DNA of 64,000 bases from NCBI GenBank assembly GCA_904063045.1, contig CAJFCJ010000059.1:55840-119839 (forward strand), written 5' to 3'. Made by a program: the position numbers and the translations under genes. Of this stretch, positions 1-9,571 are shown piece after piece; positions within the stretch are counted from its first letter, which is position 1; each line of letters starts with the position of its first letter. Under the pieces are notes generated by a model. It was not told the DNA's origin and did not search any database. It saw only the letters and a list, made by a program, of their open reading frames with translations. Source of the stretch: Dimorphilus gyrociliatus (Eukaryota; Animalia; Annelida).

Positions 1-66
1 TTGTCTCATCTAAAATGTTTCTTACATTTGGGCTTGTTTCCATTATTTGTCTTTGAGCTCCCTCTT

Positions 67-1469
67 CTATCTCTTTTTCATCCATTTCTTCATATTCTTC
101 AGATTATCATTTTGTTGAGTAGTTGGTGTAGCAGTTGTATCAGAATGATTATCTCTTAAAATGGTTTCTTGTAATTCTATATTACTTGCATATTTATTTG
201 GAAAATGGTTATCTTTAACTGGCTTATCATTTGCATCCTTGTCAATGACTGTTGTTTTTTCCATTTGCAGATCACTAGCATTTTTCTCTCTTACTGGTAC
301 ATCTTTCATAATAATATCACTTGTATCCTTCTCAATTATAGATGTTTCTTTAAAATATTTTCTGGTATTTTTTCTATTTCCTTGTCAGTAGTACCTGCTT
401 TCTCTTTTCAAGTTTTTCTTCAATTGTTGTTCTATTATCTGTATCTATTTGTTTAACAGCAATCACATGATTTCCAACTTTTTCATCTCTTACAGCATTT
501 CTTGCAGTTTCTTACCACTTGTATCTTTCTCTATTGCAGATGTTTCTTTAAAATTCTTCTCACTTGCAGTTCTTCAATAACTGATGTTTTTTCCATTTGC
601 AGACAACTGGTATTTTTCTCTCTTACTGGTATTTCTTTTCATTGTAGTTCTATCAGCTGTATCAATATGATTTATAGCTTTTTCATCTCTTATAATTGTT
701 TCTTTCAGTTTCTTACCACTTGCATCTTCCTCTATTATAGATGTTTCTTTCATCTTCTCTTCTGGTGTTTTTTCCATTTCATTGTTAAGTGTACCTTTCT
801 CTTGTTCAACTATTATTTTCATTGTTGTTCTGTCAGCTGTTCCTATATGATTTCCATCTTTTTCATCTGTTGTAGTTGTTTCTTTCAGTTTCTTCTTTTT
901 TCTGTCTTTATCATTTTCTTTACTTCTGATACAAATTTCTATCAGACTTTGTTTTGTTTTTTCAACAAATTCCTTGTTCAATTTGATGGATTTTTCTAGA
1001 AAGATTTTTTGATATCAACCTTTTGATTTCATCTTCATTGAAATGTTTACATAAATGTACTAATATTATTAAAATAATTTTCCAATAGAACATATTGTTT
1101 CCAGGTTTTCTAAGTATCGTTTTCAATTAAAGCTTGAAATTCTTGATAATCTTTTCTCATTAGCTCTTGAAAAGGTTTAGAAATATTAAACCTATTATTA
1201 AAATATAAACATTCAGATGAGCTACAGATTTTCTTATATGAAACACCAACATGTTTTTCAATCTGCTTCTCAATAATAAATTTTAATTGTTTATAACTGT
1301 CAAAGTTTAAAGTCTTGAAATTCAACTTAAAACATTCCTTTTTTTCATATATTTCAGGGTAAAACCATGGATGATTCAGTGTTTTTGTTTTCCTTACAGG
1401 TTCATTCATTTTGAATTGTAAACTCTCAATTCTTTTCTTATAGGAATAACAAAAAAAAAAACAAAACAT
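67..1469 (-). pseudogene. Broken, charged low-complexity (K/E/T/D-rich) coding region with degenerate internal duplications
   Basis: Minus ORFs 67-309, 574-981 and 1110-1469 in different frames; duplicated DNA blocks, e.g. 248-308 vs 580-640 and 507-550 vs 707-750. No recognisable domain. Confidence 0.3.
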
Positions 1470-3409
1470 AAATAAGCATCAATAACATACTTAGAAAATC
1501 AACAAGTACATAACCTAACCCTATATATAGAAATAGATATAGATAATTATATTAATTCTTTTTTTCAAACCTGTTTGTGATATTCTTCCTCAATAAAAAT
1601 TAGTTAAAATTTTGGAAAAGATAAAAAAGAGTAACTGTAAATTTAAAAGCAAAAAAGCCATCTTATTTAGAGTTATTCTGTAAGGAAAAATGTGAAATTC
1701 AACAAGAAAGAACTTTGCATATTTATTGAAATAAAGAACCTAAAAGGTAAACTTTATTTTCATTGGGAATATACAAGTTTTTAGAAAAAATTAAAAAGCT
1801 ATGTAGAATTTTGTAATAAAAAACTTTGTATATTTATTCCATTGGAATGAAGAACTTAAAAAGTAAACTTTTTTCAATGGGAATATACAAGTTTAGAAAA
1901 TAAATAAAAAAGCTACCAAAATAAGGGTTTATATGTATTTTTTTTATACTAAAAGTAACTTTTTTGAATTTTATAAGAAAGGAGGAATATCTCAATATAT
2001 TATATCAACACATCAACACCAATAACAAATAGTTAAAAAACAGAATAAATTCATAGCCAAGGGCTGTAAATTTATTCAAGAAAGACAAGACTCTTCAATA
2101 CAAAACATATACTACTTACTTTGATAGTAAATTTCAGAAGATTCTTTCAAGATAGCTGTTGTCAGGTTTTGATCCTGTAGAATTTGCAATATGCTGATTA
2201 AGACTTTGGTTGGGATGCTGTCAGAAGATTTCAAGTCCACAAAGTAGTAGAGATTCAATCAGTAAAAAATTGATTCTGTAATAAATGTAAGTAGAAATTA
2301 CTAACAATAATTAATGAATTTAACAATTATATGCATCTGTTAATTAAAATATTTAAAGAACTGATATTTATTTCAATACACCAAAAAAGTTAAGAAAAAC
2401 ATAAATCTTACTAGAAATAAAGTCTGGGATGTTGAACTATCCTTCTTCTGTAGTGGAATAGATGAAAGCTATCACACTTTTGGTGAAGAGAAGACCTCTA
2501 TGTTGAGAAAGATTTATTATAACATAATATTTAAAAATAATGTAACATATAACATATAACTAACTGTGTAATCCAAGCAAAATGGAGAAAAAAGCAGCAA
2601 ATAGCAAATCAATCAGCAAAAAATTCTCTCTGTGTAAAGAATATAAAATGATTATTATGAAGAAACCATTAACTGAATATAGTAATTAAATTAACACTTC
2701 TATTAATTAACTTCTATAGCTAAAGAATTAACATTTCTTTCTTTCTTTCTTACATATCAAATATTTGTTTTTGCTTGTAAAATTTTTTTTCATCTAATCA
2801 AATAGATTTTTGCACAATGTTAACAGGCTTGAAAAGCTGATTCTAATGATATATAATATGTCTATATTCCATCAACTGTTTATATGAAAAAAGTTAAGAA
2901 AAGATTATAACTTACTTGAAACAGAGACTGGTCTGGTGAACAGTCTTTTCTCTATGGTAGCAGATGAGAGAATGAGCAATAGCAAGGTTTATATACACTT
3001 TAGCATAGAAAACCCCCATCATGGCAACAAAGCCCTTGATAAGACGCTATCAAAACATGTCACTTGTCACCTTTTCAGATTATATCATTTAAGATAAGGG
3101 CCTTCTTGTGAAGAAAGTGGCTCTCATAGTGTCACCTCTTAACCTTTGAATTATATTTCATAATGTATAGACAAAATTATATATTATATTTTTCTATTTA
3201 AAAAAATAGATTGAAATTCATTGACAATATCAAATAATCATTACAACTAATTGAACAGTCTTCATAATTCAATCAATTAATATCTGCTTAATTAATTAAT
3301 AATTTTATACTATTTTATATATTTAATTATTTATTAGGATATGGTTAGTTTTCAATACTCTTTTAATAATTTTTTGTTATGGTTAAGGGCTAAAGTTAGG
3401 GTTAGGTAG

Positions 3410-4044
3410 TGTACAACTTTGGTTATATTTTACATGCTTGAACTCTATTATTTTATGCAACATATACATGTACATCTTAAAACCTATGCAAGAAAATGCT
3501 AAAACATTGGCCAAACATAAGTCTGATTAGTCAGCTTGAAGGTTCATCTTTAATTACCAATAAAGGTTTGGCCAAGTTATAATTTAATTAACTTGCCTAG
3601 GGTGTGGCCAAGTTATAATTCAATTAACCTTCCTAAATGTTGAACCTTGTAACATCCTGTTACTAAAGATAAATATGAACTACACATTTTGGCAACTGTA
3701 AAGTGATGATTGGATGTCAGAGACAAACCTCAAAGTATATAAATCCTCATTATTCTCATTTGGCATGCAGCTTCCATCTGGACCCAAGGACCTGGGAAAA
3801 TCATCTGGAAACAACCTCCACTGGAACCATCCATCTACTCCTCAACATTAGAAGACAGTTTGGTAATTTGGCAACCTGCTTTTACAAACTATCTACTCTG
3901 CTATCGAACTCTCATATTGTTACTTGCTTAAGTATTATTATTGCGAATAAACCGTTTTAATTTAAACATTTGTTTAAAGGTTCGAGTAGAACCAGTATTG
4001 TTATAACTTGCAAACTCATAGATTTTGCCAGCAAGAGCAGTACA
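3410..4044 (+). repeat. 5' LTR of A1 (635 bp)
   Basis: Direct repeat of 12022-12656 with 6 mismatches; TG...CA ends with 5-bp terminal inverted repeat; internal ~37-bp tandem duplication at ~3569-3640. Confidence 0.97.
3736..3951 (+). promoter_or_regulatory. LTR TATA box (TATATAAA 3736-3743) and poly(A) signal (AATAAA 3946-3951)
   Basis: Motifs lie in the expected U3/R order inside the LTR and are retained in all three intact A LTRs. Confidence 0.55.
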
Positions 4045-4048
4045 AATT

Positions 4049-4066
4049 TGGCGCAGTCGACAGGAT
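4049..4066 (+). promoter_or_regulatory. Primer-binding site complementary to the 3' end of tRNA-Ser
   Basis: TGGCGCAGTCGACAGGAT, 4 nt after the LTR; reverse complement ATCCTGTCGACTGCGCCA matches the recalled eukaryotic tRNA-Ser(AGA/CGA)-type 3' end (...ATCCT.cCGACTGCG-CCA). Confidence 0.8.
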
Positions 4067-4104
4067 ATTCTTTTGGTTTATTCAAAAGTTTTGAGAAAGT
4101 AAAT

Positions 4105-4674
4105 ATGGCAGAAGGAGAAAATGGAAATACCACTGGGGCAGTTACAGACTCTAACCCTTCAACCCCAGCAACTCCAACAATTACAATTCATCCAGCAGGA
4201 ATGTCAGAAAGGCAACAAAGACTAATTGAAGACTATGATAGATTGGTGAGTGAAATGAAAAGAAATCGAATCACAATTCCAACAGATCATGGAGATGGAA
4301 CACATCACCCAGCACAGAACCCAAATGTTGATATCACAACAGTAATTCAAGCATTAAGGGCTGCTTGGGACTGCCCTCAAAGAACTATTCTCAAGTTGTA
4401 TGATGGAAGCAAGGAGTGTTCAAAATTCAAAGAAGACTTTAATCAGGCATGTTATGCTTATGGTTGGATAGGAGAAGATGTTGTGAAAGCAAATCTTTTA
4501 GATTATTTAACTGGTCCTGCAAAGGATTTGGTGTTGGCTCTGGATGGAGAGCCTACTGTGGAGGAAATATGGAAAGCCCTCCATGACGAATTTGATCTGG
4601 ATCCTTTGGAGTATCAAGAGAAATTGCTTAACTTAAAGCAAATGAATGGCAACCACAATTGCTTGCAACTATGA
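4105..4674 (+). CDS. gag: Gag N-terminal/capsid part of A1 (frame broken by an internal deletion near 4650)
   Basis: ATG at 4105 (MAEGENG...); retrotransposon capsid-like segment 'LKLYDGSKE...LLDYLTGPAKDLVLAL...IWKALHDEF' aligns with family B gag at ~26075-26500. Confidence 0.85.
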   Translation: MAEGENGNTTGAVTDSNPSTPATPTITIHPAGMSERQQRLIEDYDRLVSEMKRNRITIPTDHGDGTHHPAQNPNVDITTVIQALRAAWDCPQRTILKLYDGSKECSKFKEDFNQACYAYGWIGEDVVKANLLDYLTGPAKDLVLALDGEPTVEEIWKALHDEFDLDPLEYQEKLLNLKQMNGNHNCLQL

Positions 4675-7600
4675 AAGAAATAAAACTGATGGAAGTTTTA
4701 CAAAGAGGATTACAACAGGATATTCTACATTTAGTGTACACCTTACATCCTAAATGTCAAACATTGGCAGAACTATATGAGGCTGCTAAGCAAGCAGAAA
4801 CTTCATTAAAACTAACTCAAAGAAAACCGATCACAATGGTGTCAAAATTGGAAACTCAACAAAGAAAAGAGACCAAAAAGACCCAGGTAATCAGAAAAGA
4901 TGCTTCTACAGAAACCCCAAATTTCTGGAATAGAAAGCATGTACCTGACAACAAAAATGCTACTAAAGAAAAGTTTTCAAGCCAAAAAGTCCAAAAGTAT
5001 GCACCAACTACAACAAATAGGTATTATAAGAAAAATCAACCAGCAAAGACGATACTGAAAGAGGAACCTAAGCTACAAAAATTAGAAACATTAGACAATG
5101 AAAGCATGTCAGAAAACGACGAAGTTCAAGATATTCTCTGTTTTTCAGATAGTGACGAATCCACTTGTCAGCTGTTACAAAGCAAACAATCTGAGCGAAA
5201 TGCTTCAACATTTATTGGACAATTTGAAACTAATACTGGTTTTAAGTTTGATGCCTTGATAGACTCTGGTAGTGACAGATCTTTCATTTCAAAAAAGGTA
5301 TTAAGACAAGTTCAAGGAAAAGCATCCTTCCCAGAACAAACTGTGAAAAATGCTAGAGATGCTTCAGGAAATAGCATCGAGATATGTGGAGAAATCATTC
5401 TCAGACTTTATTTTAATGAAAAGATTATTAAACAACGCTTTCTGATCAACAAAATCATTACACAACAATGTATTATTGGGTGTGACTTTCTACAACAAAA
5501 TGGAGCTACCCTTGACTTTGGCAAGAGACAGATTATACTCCAGCCAGGTACAGAAAAGAATTACCCTGTTGGAACACAACACTTATCTTTCAAAGGGTTT
5601 TACCCAGTTCCTCTTATTATGAAAAAGAATGAGAGTCAAATACATACCCTTCAGACAACAATTGAACAAGAAAATCCCAAGATGAAGAACAAAGTTACCC
5701 AAATTCTGGCAAAATATAAAGAAACTATTGCAGAAGACAGATTTGATATTGGCAATCCAGAGGTACCACCCTTGGAAATAACTCTTGAACCAGGTTCAAC
5801 ACCATATAGACAAAGGCCATATAGAATGCCTCCTCAAAAACAAGAAGAATGTAAGCAACAGATAGCTGAATTGGTAAAAAGCAAAGTTATTCAACCAAGC
5901 AAGAGCAATTGGGCTTCACCAATTGTTTTCGTAAGAAAGAAGGAAGGTAGTCTACGAATGTGTGTAGATTATAGAAAACTAAACAAAATGACAGTTAAAA
6001 ACAAGTATCCACTGCCAAATCAAGATGATCTTTTTGACCATTTGGGAGGAGGAAATAAATTCTTTTCTACAATGGATTTGACAAGTGCATACCACCACAT
6101 TAATATCAAGAAAGAAGATAGGTCTAAAACAGCATTTATTACACCTTTTGGCTTGTTTGAATTTATTAAGATGCCTTTTGGATTAACCAATGCCCCTCCT
6201 CATTTTAGTTATGTAATGAATTCATTTGTGCTAAAGGATGTAAAGCATTTGTGCCTAAACTACCTTGATGACATAATAATATTTACCAAGTCGCTGGACC
6301 AACATTGGGAAGCATTGGAGACCATTCTTCAACAGATTCAAAAGTACAATTTTAAGATTAAACTAAGTAAATGTGTGTTTTTGAAAGAACAAGTTCAATT
6401 CTTGGGACACATTGTATCAGAAAAGGGGATTGAAACAGATAAGTCCAAGACAGATAAATTATATAATTTACAGCCACCAGTGTTTGCAAATTCACTACTA
6501 AGCTTTGTTGCATTTTGTGGCTATTACAGAAAATTTATACAAGATTTTGCAAGAGTAGCTAAACCTCTGTATATGTTAATGAAACTACATGGGAAAAAGG
6601 ATAAATTGCAATGGACTGAGGAAGCCAAGCAATCATTTTTCAAGTTGAGAGATGCAGTAGTTAACCCTCCTGTATTACAACTACCTGATTTTGCTAAAGA
6701 TTTTCACTTAACAACAGATGCATCGAATGTAGCTGTAGGAGGAGTTCTTGAACAAGTTTATGTAGATGAGAATGGGAAGAAAACAATGAAACCCATTGCC
6801 TACGCTTCAAAACAATTCAACAATAATCAAATGAAATATGCAGCCTATCAAAAGGAAGCATTTGGGGTTTACTGGGTTGTAAAGAAATTTTTACATTACC
6901 TTCAAGACAAGCCATTCTTTTTATATACTGACCATCAGAGTCTAGTACAAACATTTAAGCAAAACAAATTGAATGTCAGCACAGCAAAATGGGTCATGGC
7001 TTTAATGGATTTAAAATTTACAATTAACTATGTGACAGGACGAAAAAATAGAGCAGATGCATTAACAAGATTAGAAGAATATACACCCCCAAGGAAAGTA
7101 ACATTTGAAGAGCTAATTCATGGAAAGATCAAAAAGGAGAATTCTCCCTCTATTTCAGTTAAAATGGAACAGTATGAACATACACCAGAGTTAACTTTTG
7201 TAGCTACCAGTGATAACAGTGAAGAGAAAATTGATTTGTCTTCTGTTGACTTACAGTCAGAGCAAGAAAAAGATGTGAATTTAAAATCAATTAAAGAATA
7301 TTTAACATTGGATGGTCAGCTACCTATTCCTTATTTTGGAACTTTTACACCTTTCATAATGGAGATGTTTGTTCACAAGGAAATGATCTGGATTATCCTC
7401 GAAGAAAGAAACATTCTGGTTTTACCTGACCATTTGATGCTAACTCTGCTCCCTAAATTCCATAAAAATAAAATTCACAATCACCATGGACCCAGAATGA
7501 CATTACAAATAATTACAAAGACCTTTTGGCACCCAAAATTAAAGATTATGATTGAGAATTCAATAAAGGATTGCACTTTGTGTGAACAAATGAATGGTAG

Positions 7601-8360
7601 GAGTAGAGTATACCCTTTGGTAGAAACCTTTCACCCTGCATCACCAATGGAGTTGGTAGCCATGGATATAATGGGACCCTTACCCATGGTTAAGTCATAC
7701 AGATTCATACTTGTGATAGTGGATCATTTCAGTAGATACACAGTTTTATATGCACTCAAACAGCAAACCAGTAAAGAAATTGCAAACCTTCTTTTCAACA
7801 GATTTTTTCCCATTTTTGGAATTCCAAAACAAATGTTGACAGATCAAGGAAGAAACTTTGTTGGTAAAGCTTTTAAAGAGTTTATGAAGGTATTAGGTAT
7901 TGAGAAAATCCAAACAACAGCTTATAGAAGCCAGAGCAATGGACTAGTTGAACGAAGAAATAGAGAAGCGAGGAAGGAAATCAATAAATTAGTGGTGGAA
8001 GAAAATCAGCATAACTGGGTTGCAAACCTACCCTTGATTCAAGCATTTTTGAATCAATCACCTGTAGGAAGTACAAGACTACCACCCCAGGAACTTCTTT
8101 TTGGCACCAGCACAAGAACACTGATTGATGTAACAATGCATACTACCTCTCCTGAAACAAATGTACTATTTGTATTCAATCACCAGCAGCAATTGGTACA
8201 GTTAAGAGCTACAGCCTTCTGTAAATCCATCATGGCAAAAGAACAATATAGGGAAAGAAAGAATAGAAATCTCAATCTTCCAAAATATTTTGAGGTTGAT
8301 GATGAAGTATTCTTAAGAAATGATGCTGCAAGAATTGCAATAACAAAATCCCTTCTTTAA
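4659..8360 (+). CDS. pol: Gag C-terminus-Pol polyprotein: protease, reverse transcriptase, RNase H, integrase
   Basis: Protease ALIDSGSDRSFIS/IIGCDFL; RT WASPIVFVRKK..LRMCVDYRKLN, YLDD; RNase H LTTDASNVAVGGVL, YTDHQSL; integrase HH..C..C, MDIMGP, TDQGRNF, QSNGLVERRNRE. Confidence 0.97.
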   Translation: MLATMKEIKLMEVLQRGLQQDILHLVYTLHPKCQTLAELYEAAKQAETSLKLTQRKPITMVSKLETQQRKETKKTQVIRKDASTETPNFWNRKHVPDNKNATKEKFSSQKVQKYAPTTTNRYYKKNQPAKTILKEEPKLQKLETLDNESMSENDEVQDILCFSDSDESTCQLLQSKQSERNASTFIGQFETNTGFKFDALIDSGSDRSFISKKVLRQVQGKASFPEQTVKNARDASGNSIEICGEIILRLYFNEKIIKQRFLINKIITQQCIIGCDFLQQNGATLDFGKRQIILQPGTEKNYPVGTQHLSFKGFYPVPLIMKKNESQIHTLQTTIEQENPKMKNKVTQILAKYKETIAEDRFDIGNPEVPPLEITLEPGSTPYRQRPYRMPPQKQEECKQQIAELVKSKVIQPSKSNWASPIVFVRKKEGSLRMCVDYRKLNKMTVKNKYPLPNQDDLFDHLGGGNKFFSTMDLTSAYHHINIKKEDRSKTAFITPFGLFEFIKMPFGLTNAPPHFSYVMNSFVLKDVKHLCLNYLDDIIIFTKSLDQHWEALETILQQIQKYNFKIKLSKCVFLKEQVQFLGHIVSEKGIETDKSKTDKLYNLQPPVFANSLLSFVAFCGYYRKFIQDFARVAKPLYMLMKLHGKKDKLQWTEEAKQSFFKLRDAVVNPPVLQLPDFAKDFHLTTDASNVAVGGVLEQVYVDENGKKTMKPIAYASKQFNNNQMKYAAYQKEAFGVYWVVKKFLHYLQDKPFFLYTDHQSLVQTFKQNKLNVSTAKWVMALMDLKFTINYVTGRKNRADALTRLEEYTPPRKVTFEELIHGKIKKENSPSISVKMEQYEHTPELTFVATSDNSEEKIDLSSVDLQSEQEKDVNLKSIKEYLTLDGQLPIPYFGTFTPFIMEMFVHKEMIWIILEERNILVLPDHLMLTLLPKFHKNKIHNHHGPRMTLQIITKTFWHPKLKIMIENSIKDCTLCEQMNGRSRVYPLVETFHPASPMELVAMDIMGPLPMVKSYRFILVIVDHFSRYTVLYALKQQTSKEIANLLFNRFFPIFGIPKQMLTDQGRNFVGKAFKEFMKVLGIEKIQTTAYRSQSNGLVERRNREARKEINKLVVEENQHNWVANLPLIQAFLNQSPVGSTRLPPQELLFGTSTRTLIDVTMHTTSPETNVLFVFNHQQQLVQLRATAFCKSIMAKEQYRERKNRNLNLPKYFEVDDEVFLRNDAARIAITKSLL

Positions 8361-9571
8361 AATGGTTAGGCCCATACCGAATAACAAAAGTCAATCATCA
8401 AAAGTGGATATATGAAATACAAATGGATGATAATACATGCAAGTTGGTACATGGTAGCAGATTAAGACTAGCCAATGAATCTAATAAGTTGGAAACAAGG
8501 AAAGAAGCAACAACAATCTTTCACCTTGTGGAGAAGGAAATAACACACCTCCAATATCTTTCTCAGGTAGAAGGAAGAAATGACTTCCAATTCCGTTTGA
8601 AGAATCAAAAAGGCCAAGAAGTCATTGCCTTGTGTGACACAGGAGCATTGAGATCCTTTATTACTGAAAAAGAAATCAAGTTAATGGATGTTACAATTAT
8701 GGATAAAGAAACAATTGGCTTACCAATTATAACTTCAGCTGATGGGAAAGCTTTAAAGCAAAAAGGAAGCGTAAAGCTGAATATCCAATTTGCTGGAGAA
8801 AGTATGAAACAAGAATTTATAGTTATGGAAAATCTAGACATAGCAATAATACTTGGTTGTGATTTCCTACAAACTGTGGGAGCAAACCTCAATTTTGAAG
8901 CTAAACAGTGTTCTCTCAAATTTGATAGAAGGAAAGGGAACCTGGCTGAAAGAATAAGGCAACCTCAACTAAACAAAGTCACTATAGCCATGATGGGACA
9001 GCATGACTCTTCATCAGAAAGTTCAGATAGTGATGACTCAGAGATGGAAGTTACTAATTCTGATACTGGTTATGACACAAGCAATACTTTCAAAACAGAC
9101 AGTAATTACAGTCTCAATGAACCTTCAAGCTCATCTGAAAGTGATGACACAGAAACAAATAATGAACTGGATAAAAATACAGATTCAGAGGCAAACATTA
9201 TCTCTGATAGAGAAGATGAAATATCTAGTTCAGACAATGAGTCAATAACTATTGAAAGCGAAATTATTGATATAACCCATTCGGATAATGAGTCAATAAT
9301 TATTGAAGGTGAAATTATTGACATAACCCATTCGAATAATGAGTCCCTCATAGTGGTAGATTCATCCCAAGATGAGAAAGAAAATACAAGTGACACAGAC
9401 AATGAGTCAGTGATATTTTTAGATGAGACTAAAATCATCTCTGAACAATTAGATTCCCAACAAGAAGTGGAACCACAATATATAGAGTTAGAAGATGGAA
9501 TAACTATCAGAGTGGAACAACAACACAAAATTTTCAACCATTCAACTATAGCCAACACAGGAAGAGCTAAC
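8330..9571 (+). CDS. Integrase C-terminal GPY module followed in frame by a second retropepsin-type protease and an acidic S/D/E spacer
   Basis: Frame of ORF 8423-10399 read upstream gives KIPSLKWLGPYRITKV; then VIALCDTGALRSFIT...IILGCDFLQTVGANLNF; then an acidic region with 17-aa repeats. One-base frame slip from pol near 8334. Confidence 0.88.

Noticed and set aside
502-999. Cys/Phe-rich 165-aa plus-strand ORF
   Set aside because: Antisense shadow of a K/E/T-rich minus-strand region; it also starts at TTG.
2100-3060. Three exon-like minus-strand blocks ending in GTAAG with similar ends (SQTLFL / DQSLFQ)
   Set aside because: Every frame has stops and no domain is recognisable; at most a decayed gene, too weak to call.
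3703-3960. 85-aa ORF present three times (also 12315-12572 and 33069-33326)
   Set aside because: It lies inside near-identical LTRs, so recurrence is trivial; no domain; the diverged LTR copy at 24479-24765 gives no sign of coding constraint.
4620-4680. Programmed -1 gag/pol ribosomal frameshift
   Set aside because: The break lies inside the capsid domain, ~25 residues are missing relative to family B gag, and no clear slippery heptamer is present; a deletion is more likely.
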